Positions 53,580 to 63,295 of a DNA stretch of 64,000 nt are shown one piece after another; within the stretch, counting starts at the first letter, position 1; each line of letters opens with the position of its first letter. The DNA comes from an uncultured delta proteobacterium (GTDB taxonomy: Bacteria; Myxococcota; Myxococcia; Myxococcales; Anaeromyxobacteraceae), in assembly GCA_963814585.1 (NCBI GenBank), contig CAWFDF010000010.1, positions 1 to 64,000 on the forward strand. Direction: 5' to 3'. A program made the position numbers and the translations under genes. Below the pieces are notes generated by a model. It saw nothing but the letters and a program-made list of their open reading frames with translations. It was not told the origin of the DNA and did no database searches.

Positions 53580-54362
53580 CTACTTGAGCAGCACCGCCAG
53601 CGCCATCATCGCGACGAAACCACCGACGACGGCGAAGGTCGCGCTCCGCTCGCCCCCCTCGACGTGCGTCTCCGGCAGCACCTCGCCGGACACGACGAAC
53701 AGCATCGCGCCCGCGGCGAAGGCGAGCCCCCAGGGCAGGAGCGCCTCGCTGGCATGGACGGCCATGGCACCGGCCAGCCCTCCGACCGGCTCGACCAGGC
53801 CGGAGAGCAGGGCGATGAGGAAGGCGCGCCCTCGCGAGAGGCCGCCGGCCAGGAGCGCGGCGGCCACCGCAAGCCCCTCGGGGAGGTTCTGGGCGGCGAT
53901 CCCCAGGGTCACCGCGTACCCCGTCGCCGCCGCGCCGCCGCCGTAGGCCACGCCGACGCTGAGCCCCTCGGGGAGGTTGTGCAGCGCGACGGCGAGGACG
54001 AAGAGCCCGTTGCGGCCGAGGTGGAACGCGCTTCCGCCCTCACGTCCCTTGGTGAAGTGCTCGTGGGGGATGGCCTCGTGGGCGGCCCACAGCGCCACCG
54101 CCCCGAGCCCGAGCCCGAGGCTGACCGTCACGACGGCGCCCAGGCTCGTTCCGCCTCGGGTGCGCACCAGCTCGAGCGCTGGCTGGAGGAGGGAGAAGAA
54201 GGTGGCGCCGAGCATCATGCCGCCGGCCAGGGCGAACATGAGCCGCTGCGAGTTCTTGCTCCACTCGCTGCGGACGAAGACGGGCAGCGCGCCCAGGCCG
54301 GTGGCCAGCCCCGCCGCGAGGCTGCCCAGGAACCCTGCGAGCGTGGGTGACATGGTTCCCAT
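53580..54362 (-). CDS. ZIP family metal transporter (ZupT/GufA-like)
   Basis: IPHEH, LHNLPEG, AQNLPEG, SGLVEP, AAGAM; start 54362 or 54353. Confidence 0.9.
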   Translation of the reverse strand: MGTMSPTLAGFLGSLAAGLATGLGALPVFVRSEWSKNSQRLMFALAGGMMLGATFFSLLQPALELVRTRGGTSLGAVVTVSLGLGLGAVALWAAHEAIPHEHFTKGREGGSAFHLGRNGLFVLAVALHNLPEGLSVGVAYGGGAAATGYAVTLGIAAQNLPEGLAVAAALLAGGLSRGRAFLIALLSGLVEPVGGLAGAMAVHASEALLPWGLAFAAGAMLFVVSGEVLPETHVEGGERSATFAVVGGFVAMMALAVLLK

Positions 54363-54577
54363 GCCGGCTTCGCTCCGAACGGCGTGACCGAGGAGGAGGT
54401 CCCCCGCTCTCCGCGATGGCGTGGTGATGTCCGGGCGCGAGGCCGCCCGCTGCCACGGGGTGTCGATGGGGAATGGGCCCGACGGCGACACGCCGCAGGC
54501 CACTCGCGACGCCCCGGATCAGCGACCGGGCCCGGCACACGGCGCGGGCCCGGCCGTCGGGGAGCGTCCGGGCGCGG

Positions 54578-55228
54578 CTACTTCTTCTTGGCCGCCTTCT
54601 CCAGCTTGACGGCCACCGCCTCGACGTAGGTGGCCAGCAGGTGGTCGCCGACCTTGAGCTTCTCCAGCTTGATCTTCGGGCCGGCCTTCACCTGGTAGAG
54701 GTTTCCGGCCGGGCCCTGGAGCACCACCATCCGGTTGGGGAGGTCGATGGCGGTGACCGTCACCGTGGCCTGGACGCCGGCCGCGACGCCGCCGCCCGGC
54801 GCCTGGTCCGCGCTGGCGCGACCACCGGCGACGGCGGTCTGCGGCGGGACGACCGCGGAGCCGGCGGGCTGGAACTCGAGGAAGAGCCCCTGCTCGTACT
54901 CGACCTCGATGGTGTCCCCGGCGGCGATCTCGTCGAAGCGCTTCACCTCCGGGCCGACCTTCAGGGTCTCGGTCTCGTTGCCCTTGCCCTGCAGCGTGAT
55001 GGTGCGGGCGGCCTTGTCCACCGACTTGACGGTGGCGCTCGCCTTCTGGATGCGCTTGGCGGAGGCCTGGCCGGGCGTGCCGGTGGCCTTCACCTCGACG
55101 GCCGCCGGAGCGGCAGCCTTGGGAGCCGCGGCGGCGGGAGCGGCCTTGGCAGGAGCCGGCGCCGTCTGGGCGCTGGCGCTCGTGGAGAGCAGGAGTGCGG
55201 CGGACGAGACGGCGATCAGGTATCTCAA
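54578..55228 (-). CDS. Exported protein with two beta-rich repeats, paralogue of 29347..29946
   Basis: TTG start after GGAG; ATVKSVDKAARTITLQG, GDTIEVEY, KVGDHLLATY. Confidence 0.75.
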   Translation of the reverse strand: MRYLIAVSSAALLLSTSASAQTAPAPAKAAPAAAAPKAAAPAAVEVKATGTPGQASAKRIQKASATVKSVDKAARTITLQGKGNETETLKVGPEVKRFDEIAAGDTIEVEYEQGLFLEFQPAGSAVVPPQTAVAGGRASADQAPGGGVAAGVQATVTVTAIDLPNRMVVLQGPAGNLYQVKAGPKIKLEKLKVGDHLLATYVEAVAVKLEKAAKKK

Positions 55229-55272
55229 GGTGGTCTCCAGGCCTCGACGGGGAGGCGATCGGGTGGAGCGGT

Positions 55273-55301
55273 GTTGTACGTCCATCGCCTCCCGCTGCCA
55301 A
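55273..55301 (-). promoter_or_regulatory. Candidate sigma70 promoter
   Basis: TTGGCA-17 nt-TACAAC on the minus strand, about 45 nt upstream of TTG 55228. Confidence 0.45.
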
Positions 55302-55428
55302 GCGCCCGTCCCGGCAGGGACCTCGGGGTGCGACAAACCGGCGCGATCACGGACGAGTTCGCCACGATGGGAGCCGCCCGGCTAGGCTGATCCTCTTCCG
55401 TCCGCCCCCTCGCCGAGGACCGCACCAC

Positions 55429-56544
55429 GTGCCCAGCCGCGCCCTGCCCAACCTGGTCCTGGCCACCGCCCTGGCCCTGCTCCTCACGCCCGGATCCACC
55501 CTGGCCGAGCCCGGCCTCTTCATCGACCCGCTCGACGGCGCCTTCGACGCCGATCGCTTCCTCGCCTCCCGCTACGGCTTCGTCCCGGTGATCGTGCCGA
55601 TCACCGAGCCGGCGGTCGGCTACGGAGCGGCCGCCGGGCTGGTGTTCCTCCACGGCACCATGGCCGGAGAGAAGGGCCCGACGGGTCGCCGGATCCCGCC
55701 CAGCATCACGGCGGTGGTGGGCATGGCCACCTCCAACGGGAGCTGGGCGGCTGCCGCCGGCCACCTGGGCCACTGGCGCGACGGGACCATCCGCTACCTG
55801 GGTGGCGCCGGCTTCGCGTCGTTGCGGCTGGCCACCTATCCGGCCGACGCCGGCAAGCTCGAGTTCCAGATCGAGACCGTCCCCGTGGTCCAGGAGCTCA
55901 CCTTCGCGATCCCCGGCAGCGACCTCACCGCCGGGGCCCGGTACGTCCTCGCCGGCACCCGCGTCCACCTGCGCGGCGACGGCACCCAGGCCGGCATCGA
56001 CGCCCGCGAGCAGGACGCCCTGCTCTCCGGCCTGGGTCCCGTGATCCGCTGGGACTCCCGGGACGGCATCTTCTCCCCGGACGTGGGCGTGCGAGCCGAG
56101 GCGTCGGGCTCCTGGTTCGCGCCCTGGCTCGGGAGCGACATGGACTTCTGGCGGGTCCGCGTCCGGCAGGGCGCCCACACCCCGATCGCGCCCTGGCTCA
56201 ACGCCGCGCTCCGGCTGGACCTCCAGCTCTCGGGCGGCGACACGCCATTCTGGGCCCGTCCCTACGTGTCCCTGCGCGGCGTGCCGGCGATGCGCTACCA
56301 GGGCCAGCACGTCTTCGTGGCCGAGACCGAGGAGCGGATCGACTTCACGGCGCGGTGGAGCGCGGTGGTGTTCGGCGGGGTGGGCGTGGCGGCCGCGGCG
56401 CCGCGCCCGGTCACGGCGTGGAACGCGGGCAGCGGCTTCCGCTACCTGCTGGCGCGCCAGTTCGGCGTGCGGGTCGGGCTCGACGTGGCGCGGGGACCCG
56501 AGGACTGGGCCCTCTACGTGATCTTCGGGAACGCCTGGAACTGA
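55429..56544 (+). CDS. Omp85/BamA-TamA-like beta-barrel without evident POTRA domains
   Basis: Signal peptide, WDSRDGIFSP, LRGVPAMRYQG, GSGFRY, VGLDVA. Confidence 0.75.
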   Translation: MPSRALPNLVLATALALLLTPGSTLAEPGLFIDPLDGAFDADRFLASRYGFVPVIVPITEPAVGYGAAAGLVFLHGTMAGEKGPTGRRIPPSITAVVGMATSNGSWAAAAGHLGHWRDGTIRYLGGAGFASLRLATYPADAGKLEFQIETVPVVQELTFAIPGSDLTAGARYVLAGTRVHLRGDGTQAGIDAREQDALLSGLGPVIRWDSRDGIFSPDVGVRAEASGSWFAPWLGSDMDFWRVRVRQGAHTPIAPWLNAALRLDLQLSGGDTPFWARPYVSLRGVPAMRYQGQHVFVAETEERIDFTARWSAVVFGGVGVAAAAPRPVTAWNAGSGFRYLLARQFGVRVGLDVARGPEDWALYVIFGNAWN

Positions 56545-56596
56545 ACCGCAGGGCGTGACGGCGCCAGCGTGCCGCCGGGCGGCCTGGGCTGGAGCC

Positions 56597-57466
56597 TCAC
56601 CGGCTCCAGAGGGCCATGGAGGCCATGACCACGGCCGCCGCCGGTCCCACGGCCACCGCCAGGAAGGCCGCCCCGACGCGCACGAAGGCCGGGTGCTGCT
56701 GGGCATCGGACCGCACCGCCGAGGCGTCGCCGGAGTCCCCCAGGTTCAGGCGGAGATGGCCCAGCGGCCTGGCGAACAGGTGCATGCTGCCGGCGGCCAG
56801 GATCCAGCACGGGATCGTCAGCCAGGGCGCCTCGGTCAAGGCCTGGACCGAGCCGCCCACCACGACCAGGGGGGCGGCGAAGGCGACGACGACTCCGGCG
56901 AGATACGCCACCTCGAGGGGGGCCAGGGGCCGCGTCGATCGAACCGGGTTCGGGAGCACCACGAACAGCAGCGCGCCGACCAGCATCAGCGCGATGCCGA
57001 GGAGCCGCAGGGGATAGAGGAGCGAATCGGGTGGGCGCGGCTGACCGGTGAAGCCCGCGCCTGGCCGGAAGTCGCTGCCAGACCAGGCGTGGAGCTCCAG
57101 GCGGTAGAGCGGACCTCCGCCGGAGCGGGAGGCCTGGATGTAGGCGGTGCGATGCGGGGCCACGAGATTCCAGAGGGCCTGGCCGACCACCGCGTCATTC
57201 GCCGGGACGAAGAGGTTGAAGCTGGCCTGGTCCGATCCCGAGCGGGTCAGCCTGCCCGAGATCCGGGGAGAGACCCTGCCGCTCGTGATCCCGTCGAGAT
57301 CCGCCAGCAGGGCATCCCAGCCGGGTCCGGAGCCTCGCTGGATCAGCTGCCCCGCCGAGGTGGTCGCAGGCGAGATCGTCACCACGGGATCCAGGAAGGT
57401 CAGGTGGAGGAGCCACAGGCCAGGCAGCAGGCTTCCCAGCAGCAGCGAACGCCGCAAGAGCTCCAT
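56597..57466 (-). CDS. Hypothetical membrane protein (one N-terminal and about four C-terminal TM helices)
   Basis: GAGGGG RBS; hydrophobic segments; no family recognised. Confidence 0.65.
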   Translation of the reverse strand: MELLRRSLLLGSLLPGLWLLHLTFLDPVVTISPATTSAGQLIQRGSGPGWDALLADLDGITSGRVSPRISGRLTRSGSDQASFNLFVPANDAVVGQALWNLVAPHRTAYIQASRSGGGPLYRLELHAWSGSDFRPGAGFTGQPRPPDSLLYPLRLLGIALMLVGALLFVVLPNPVRSTRPLAPLEVAYLAGVVVAFAAPLVVVGGSVQALTEAPWLTIPCWILAAGSMHLFARPLGHLRLNLGDSGDASAVRSDAQQHPAFVRVGAAFLAVAVGPAAAVVMASMALWSR

Positions 57467-57568
57467 GGTTCCCCCTCGTCATCCGACGGCCGGTTCGCCG
57501 GGTTCTCGAGTCACCGGCGCCTGGTGGTGAACTCCAGAGCCACGCGTCGATGGAGTTCTGGCAGGTTC

Positions 57569-57582
57569 TTGACATAGATCAA
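57569..57582. promoter_or_regulatory. FNR/Crp-family box TTGAC-ATAG-ATCAA
   Basis: 9/10 match to TTGAT-N4-ATCAA in an AT-richer intergenic stretch. Confidence 0.65.
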
Positions 57583-57659
57583 GTCATGGACCCCGTCTTA
57601 TCGAGGTCCTATGGGCACCCCCCATCGAGCGTCGCTTCGCCGCGGGACACGCCTTCGGC

Positions 57660-58796
57660 TCAGCGCGTCCGGGTGCCTTCCAGCGCGGCCGCGCGCTCCG
57701 CGGGCCCGGGAAGCGCCGGCTCCTGCTGCGACAGGCAGTGGAGCGTGCCGAGCCCCCAGACCAGGTCCACGGCGTGGATGCCGATCACCGGCCGGTCGCG
57801 GAAGAGCTCGCCGAGGATGCCGAGCGCGACGCGGTCCTGCGGGTCGTTGAAGGTCGGCACCAGCACCGCGGCGTTGGCGACGTAGAAGTTGGCGTAGCAG
57901 GCCGGCAGCCGCTGGCCGTCGAGGACCACCGGCGCCGGCATGGGCAGGAACACGACCTCCGGGCGCGAGCCGTCCTGCAGCCGCGCCCCCGCCAGCCGCT
58001 CGCGGTTCTCCTCGAGCGGCCGCGTGGTTGGCGTCGGCGCCGTCGGGCTCCCGGCAGAGGACGACGGTGCGGGCGCCGACGAAGCGGGCACAGGTCGTCG
58101 ACGTGCCCGTGGGTGTCGTCGCCGGCGATGCCGCGCCCCAGCCAGATGACGTGCAGGGCGCGCCGAGCAGCGTCGCGGAAGATCGCCTCGTAGTCGCTCG
58201 CGGCCGAAGCCGGGGTTGCGGACCTGCACCGCCGGGTCGAGCAGGCACTCCTCGGTGGTGAGGAGGGAGCCCGCGCCGTTGACGTCGATGGCGCCGCCCT
58301 CGAGCACGACCTGCTCGCCCGGCGTGGACGATCGGCAGGAGCGGCACGCCCAGCGCCCGGGCGGCGCGGGACGGGGTGCGGGCGTCCTTCCTCCAGTCGT
58401 CGTACTTGGCCCAGGCGTTGAACCGGAACCGGGCGATGGCGCGGGCCGGCTGCGCCCCGCCGCGGGTGAGCCAGATCGGGCCAGCGTCGCGGCATCCAGA
58501 TCCGATCGGTGGGGAAGCGGTGGAAGTCGACCGCCGCCAGCGGCGCGGCGACGCGGGCCAGCAGCGCCCGGACCTTCCGCTCGTGGGCGGCGTCCTCCAC
58601 CAGCAGGCGGACCGTCTCGCCGCGGGCGACGATCCGGACGATCTCGCCGAAGACCCAGGGGATGGGCGGCGAACTTGCCCGGCCAGTCGCGGACGTTGTG
58701 CGGCCAGGCGAGCCAGGTGGCCTCGTGGCGTTCCCACTCCGCGGGCATGGCGAAGCCCCGGGCGGCGGGCGTGGCGGCGGGCGTGCGGTCGGCCAC
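57660..58796 (-). CDS. aguA: Agmatine deiminase family protein, multiple apparent frameshifts
   Basis: MPAEW, WLAWPH, FNAW, LEGG, DDTHGHVD, YANF, GLGTLHC spread over three frames. Confidence 0.85.
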   Translation of the reverse strand: MADRTPAATPAARGFAMPAEWERHEATWLAWPHNVRDWPGKFAAHPLGLRRDRPDRRPRRDGPPAGGGRRPRAEGPGAAGPRRRAAGGGRLPPLPHRSDLDAATLARSGSPAAGRSRPAPSPGSGSTPGPSTTTGGRTPAPRPAPPGRWACRSCRSSTPGEQVVLEGGAIDVNGAGSLLTTEECLLDPAVQVRNPGFGRERLRGDLPRRCSARPARHLAGARHRRRRHPRARRRPVPASSAPAPSSSAGSPTAPTPTTRPLEENRERLAGARLQDGSRPEVVFLPMPAPVVLDGQRLPACYANFYVANAAVLVPTFNDPQDRVALGILGELFRDRPVIGIHAVDLVWGLGTLHCLSQQEPALPGPAERAAALEGTRTR

Positions 58797-58801
58797 GGCG
58801 G

Positions 58802-59693
58802 TCAGTCGCGGAAGCGGCGGGTGAGGTCGCCGTAGGCGTCGATGCGCCGGTCGCGCAGGAAGGGCCAGTGGCGGCGGGCCTCCTCGATGCGCGCCGAGGT
58901 CGACGCTCGGCGACCAGGATCTCCTCCCCGCCGGTGGCGGCCTCGGCCAGCATCACGCCGTAGCGGGTCGCAGACGAACGAGGTGCCCCAGAACTCGAGG
59001 CCGGCGTCGCCGGGCCGGTCGCGCTCGTGGCCGACGCGGTTGACCGCCGCCACGTAGACGCCGTTGGCGATGGCGTGGCCGCGCTGCACGGTGCTGCCAG
59101 GCGTCGCGCTGGGCGGCGCCGAACTCGGCCTTCTCGGCCGGGTGCCAGCCGATGGCGGTCGGGTAGAAGATCACCGCGGCCCCGGCCAGGGCGGTGAGCC
59201 GCGCCGCCTCCGGGTACCACTGGTCCCAGCAGACGAGCATGCCGATGCGGCCGTGGCGGGTGTCGATGGCCTTGAAGCCCAGGTCACCCGGGGTGAAGTA
59301 GAACTTCTCGTAGTAGGCCGGGTCGTCGGGGATGTGCATCTTGCGGTAGACCCCGGCCACGCTGCCGTCGGCGTCGAGGATGACGGCGGTGTTGTGGTAG
59401 AGGCCGGCCGCGCGCCGCTCGAAGAGGGGGACGACCACCGCCACGCCGTGCTGCCTCGCCACCGGGGCCAGCGCCTGCACCGAGGGGCCGTCCAGCGCCT
59501 CGGCGAGGTCGAAGAGGGCGTGGGTCTCGGTCTGGCAGAAGTAGGGCGTCCGGAACAGCTCCGGCAGGCAGATCACCTGCGCGCCGCGGCCGGCCGCCTC
59601 GGCGATGCGGGCCGCCGCGATCGCCGTGTTCCGGGCCGGATCCGTCGACATCGCCATCTGGACCAGGCCGATCTGGAAGCGGTTCGCGCTCAT
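58802..59693 (-). CDS. aguB: Carbon-nitrogen hydrolase (N-carbamoylputrescine amidase-like), apparent frameshifts near the C-terminus
   Basis: LPELF, YRKMHIPDDP, EKFYF, CWDQWYPE, QRGHAIANG, WPFLRDRR. Confidence 0.85.
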
Positions 59694-59700
59694 CGGGCCC

Positions 59701-61029
59701 TCATACCAGATCGAACCGCTCGGCGTGGAGATCGGACAGCGGCACGCCCAGCCGCGCCAGCGCCGCCTCGGCCAGGTCCATCATCGGTCCCGGGCCGCAG
59801 ACGAAGTAGGCGTGCCGGCCGCCGTGCGGCAGCCAGCGGTCGAGCATGGCCTGGGTGAGGTGGCCCCGTTCGCCGTGCCAGCCGGCGGGTGGCCGCTCCA
59901 GCAGGTGGACCACGCGCAGGTCGAGCCGGGTGGTGAGGGCCTGGAGCTCCTCCCGGAAGAGGGTCCGCGGCAGCTCGCTGCTGCCGAAGAGGAGGAGGTG
60001 GGGGCGCCGGTCGCCGCGGTCGGCCAGCGTCCGGAGCATCGACATGCAGGGGACGACGCCGCTGCCGCCGGCGATGAAGACGTAGCCGTCGGCGTCGGGG
60101 AAGGCGTCGACCGACATCGAGCCGAAGGGGCCGTCGAGCCAGGCCCGCTGGCCAGGCCGGGCCGTGAGCAGGCTGCGCGTGAAGTCGCCGACCGCCTTGA
60201 TGGTCAGCTCCACCCGCGGCGAGGCCAGCGCCGAGGAGGCGATGGAGAAGGGGTGCTCGCGGCCGGCGAAGGGCGAGGCGCCCACGGTGAGCCAGACGAA
60301 CTGGCCGCAGCGGAAGCGGAAGCCGGGGTGGCCCTCGGGCTCGAGCACCAGCGTGACCGCGTCGCCAGGCTCCGGCCGCACCTCCCGGATGATCCAGGGC
60401 CGGCGGCGCAGCAGCAGCGGCTTGAAGAGGCGGACCCAGAGGATGAGCGCCACCCAGCAGAGCGTCCAGGCCAGCCAGAACCAGCGGACCACCGGGCGCG
60501 AGAGCAGCCGCCCCGCCAGCAGGGCGTGCCAGATGCCGAGCAGCACGGCGGCGGCCGCCAGGGGGCCGTGGCTCCAGCGCCAGGCCTCGTAGGGGAGGCG
60601 GAGCCGCTTGCGAAGCCAGGAGGTGACGGCCAGCGCCACCAGCGCCCAGGTGGCCCAGACGCCGGGGGCGATCTCCCACGGCGCCGCGCCCGGGATCAGC
60701 CAGCCGAGCGCCTTGCCGAGCGACGAGCCGAACAGGGCGATGGGGTGGAGCAGCGAGAAGACCAGCACCAGGATGGTGACGTGCCGGTGGAAGGCGTAGA
60801 CCAGGTCGGTGCCGAACGGCGGCGCCACCCACTCGAAGCGGGCGGTGAGGAGGAACTGCATCGCCATCAGCGAGATGGCGAGGAAGCCGAGCGCCGAGCC
60901 GAGCTCCTCGAGGAAGCCGCCGCCGTAGGGTGCCGGGGCGGCCAGCAGCAGCAGCAGCGGCCAGAGCGCCAGCAGGACGTAGAGCCCGATCCAGAGCCCG
61001 GCCCGCGTCAGGTCCCGGAGCGTCGGCAC
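59701..61029 (-). CDS. Ferric reductase-like TM domain plus FAD/NAD(P)H-binding oxidoreductase (NOX-like)
   Basis: Two H-x13-H TM pairs, GQF, HPFSIAS, GPFG, GGSGVVP, CGP, ERF. Confidence 0.85.
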   Translation of the reverse strand: MPTLRDLTRAGLWIGLYVLLALWPLLLLLAAPAPYGGGFLEELGSALGFLAISLMAMQFLLTARFEWVAPPFGTDLVYAFHRHVTILVLVFSLLHPIALFGSSLGKALGWLIPGAAPWEIAPGVWATWALVALAVTSWLRKRLRLPYEAWRWSHGPLAAAAVLLGIWHALLAGRLLSRPVVRWFWLAWTLCWVALILWVRLFKPLLLRRRPWIIREVRPEPGDAVTLVLEPEGHPGFRFRCGQFVWLTVGASPFAGREHPFSIASSALASPRVELTIKAVGDFTRSLLTARPGQRAWLDGPFGSMSVDAFPDADGYVFIAGGSGVVPCMSMLRTLADRGDRRPHLLLFGSSELPRTLFREELQALTTRLDLRVVHLLERPPAGWHGERGHLTQAMLDRWLPHGGRHAYFVCGPGPMMDLAEAALARLGVPLSDLHAERFDLV

Positions 61030-61032
61030 GGA

Positions 61033-61125
61033 TCAGCCGGCTCGCGCCAGCGCGAAGAGGAGTGCGGCGAGCAGGAGGGTGGCCCCGGTGACGAGGGCGG
61101 CCTGGAGGGCGAGGCGCTGGCGCAT
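61033..61125 (-). CDS. Putative 30-aa single-TM small protein
   Basis: MRQRLALQAALVTGATLLLAALLFALARAG; fills the gap between rimO and the oxidoreductase; stop 3 nt before its GTG. Confidence 0.55.
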   Translation of the reverse strand: MRQRLALQAALVTGATLLLAALLFALARAG

Positions 61126-61148
61126 CGGCCGCGGAGTCTACGCCACCT

Positions 61149-62558
61149 TCAATGCAGGATGGTGAGCCCAGGCCTCTTCCCCGGCGGCGGCTTCCGGGCG
61201 GCCGGCAGCTTCTGGCGGGCGCGGGCCGGATCGCGGGCCACCACCCGGCCGACCAGGTCGTAGTCGCTGGCGTCGGTGATCTCGAGCTGGACCAGCTCGC
61301 CCGGGTAGGCGACGCCGTCGTTGACGTAGGTGAGGCCGTCGATCTCGGGGGCCTGCTGGGCGTGGCGGCCGGCCAGCAGGTGCTCGGTCTCCTCGGCCCG
61401 CCCCTCCACCAGCACCTCCACGGTGCGGCCGATCATGGCCTGCTGGTGGTCGCGCGAGATGTCGCGCTGCTCCTCCATCACCCGCTCGAAGCGGGCCCGC
61501 TTCACCTCGGCGGAGAGCTGCCCGGGCATCTCGGCGGCCGGCGTCCCCTCCTCGGCCGAGTACTCGAAGACGCCGAGCCGCTCGAAGCGCTGCTCCTCGA
61601 CGAACCGCAGCAGGTCCTCGAAGTCGGCCTCGGTCTCGCCGGGCAGGCCGACGATGAGCGAGGTGCGCAGCGCCAGGCCGGGGATCTCGCCGCGCAGCCG
61701 GGCCAGGAGGTCGCGCAGGAAGGCCGAGTCGCGGCCCCGCTTCATGGAGCGCAGCAGCCGGTCGCTGGAGTGCTGCAGCGGCATGTCGAGGTACTTCACG
61801 ATCTTCGGCTCGCGGGCGATCACCTTCATGAGCTGGAGGGGGAAGTCGCGCGGGTAGGCGTAGTGGAGCCGGAGCCAGCGGACGCCGTCGACGCGGCAGA
61901 GCTCGGGCAGGAGATCGACGAGCCGCACCTTCCCCGGCAGGTCCTGTCCGTAGGCGGTCAGGTCCTGGGCCACCAGCGACAGCTCCACCGTGCCCTGGCT
62001 GGCGAGCTGCTCCGCCTCGGCCACCAGGTCGTCGATGGTGCGCGAGCGCTGGGCGCCGCGCAGCCTGGGGATGATGCAGAAGGCGCAGGCGTTGTCGCAG
62101 CCCTCGGAGATCTTGAGGTAGGCGGTCTGCGCCGCCATGGAGTTGATGCGCGGGCTCCTGGCCGAGTGGACGAAGTCCGGGTCGGGGACCACCAGCCGCG
62201 CCGCCTGGGCGTCGGCCACCACCTCGGCGATCTCCTGGTAGGCGCCGGTGCCGAGGAAGTGATCCACCTCGGGCAGCTCGCGCGCCAGCTCCTCGGCGTG
62301 GCGCTGCACCAGGCAGCCGGTCACCACCAGCTTCTTGCAGCGGCCGGTCCGCTTCTGCTCGGCCAGCTCGCAGATGGCCTCGATCGACTCCACCTTGGCG
62401 CTCTCGATGAAGCCGCAGGTGTTGACGACGATGATCTCGGCCCTGGCCGGATCCGGCTCGAGCCGGTATCCGGCCTCGGTGAGGGTGCCGAGCATGACCT
62501 CGGAGTCGACCCGGTTCTTCGGGCAGCCGAGGGTGTGGAGGTAGACGCGGGTGGACAT
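61149..62558 (-). CDS. rimO: Ribosomal protein S12 methylthiotransferase
   Basis: [37 protein letters not shown]. Confidence 0.95.
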   Translation of the reverse strand: MSTRVYLHTLGCPKNRVDSEVMLGTLTEAGYRLEPDPARAEIIVVNTCGFIESAKVESIEAICELAEQKRTGRCKKLVVTGCLVQRHAEELARELPEVDHFLGTGAYQEIAEVVADAQAARLVVPDPDFVHSARSPRINSMAAQTAYLKISEGCDNACAFCIIPRLRGAQRSRTIDDLVAEAEQLASQGTVELSLVAQDLTAYGQDLPGKVRLVDLLPELCRVDGVRWLRLHYAYPRDFPLQLMKVIAREPKIVKYLDMPLQHSSDRLLRSMKRGRDSAFLRDLLARLRGEIPGLALRTSLIVGLPGETEADFEDLLRFVEEQRFERLGVFEYSAEEGTPAAEMPGQLSAEVKRARFERVMEEQRDISRDHQQAMIGRTVEVLVEGRAEETEHLLAGRHAQQAPEIDGLTYVNDGVAYPGELVQLEITDASDYDLVGRVVARDPARARQKLPAARKPPPGKRPGLTILH

Positions 62559-62617
62559 CGCGGCGGGATCTAGCAGGGGGAGGGGCTCCGGGCAAACCGG
62601 ACGGCCCCTCGGGAGCG

Positions 62618-63193
62618 CTACCTCAGCAGCCCGTCGAGCGTCCTCATGTGGTCGGAGACGAAGCCGGCCACGGCGTGGCGCAGCACCGGCGAGGCCTCGA
62701 CCTGCTCCAGCACCGCCACCAGCGTCCTGGCCGACTGCTCGCGCACCTCCGCCTCGGGGTGATGGGCGCGGTCGAAGGCGAGGTGGAGCGCCTGCGTCAC
62801 CGCGTTTCGAGGAGCCTGGCCGCGCTGCTGGTGGGCGAAGCAGGCCAGCGAGGCGACCTCGAGCCGCGTCGACGCGTCGAGGTCGGCACAGAAGCCGGCC
62901 AGGCTCTCCGCCCGGTCGATCAGGTAGCCCTCGCGGACCAGCCGACGGAAGGCCAGCTCCGACAGGTCGTCGCCGCCGCGGGCGGCGTGAAGCCGCTGGA
63001 CGGCGGCCTCGAAGGCGCTCTCCACCGTGAGCGGCGGCGCGGTGAGCGGCCGGTCGGTGGGGCGGCGCAGCAGCGCCTTGGATGCCAGCCAGGCCAGGCG
63101 CCGCTCGTCCTGGGTGAGCCCGGCCACCAGCGCCCCGGCCCAGCGGCTCAGGCGATCCTCGATGTGCCTCCACTTCGCTTCGTTGGCCGACAT
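62618..63193 (-). CDS. Hypothetical helical protein
   Basis: GGAGG RBS; 191-aa ORF; no family recognised. Confidence 0.7.
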   Translation of the reverse strand: MSANEAKWRHIEDRLSRWAGALVAGLTQDERRLAWLASKALLRRPTDRPLTAPPLTVESAFEAAVQRLHAARGGDDLSELAFRRLVREGYLIDRAESLAGFCADLDASTRLEVASLACFAHQQRGQAPRNAVTQALHLAFDRAHHPEAEVREQSARTLVAVLEQVEASPVLRHAVAGFVSDHMRTLDGLLR

Positions 63194-63277
63194 GGTCCCT
63201 CCCCCGGCCGGAGCGCCGGTCCACGCTCAAGGTAGAGGCAGGACTTGGCGACATAAATAGCGATGAAGTAGACTCAT

Positions 63278-63295
63278 TGTTCCATGGGTGGAACA
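63278..63295. promoter_or_regulatory. Inverted repeat TGTTCCA-N4-TGGAACA, likely LysR autoregulatory site
   Basis: Perfect 7-bp arms overlapping the LysR start codon. Confidence 0.6.

Noticed and set aside
57559..57574. Sigma54 promoter TGGCAGGTTCTTGAC
   Set aside because: The GG-N10-GC spacing is not met; the FNR-type palindrome explains the site better
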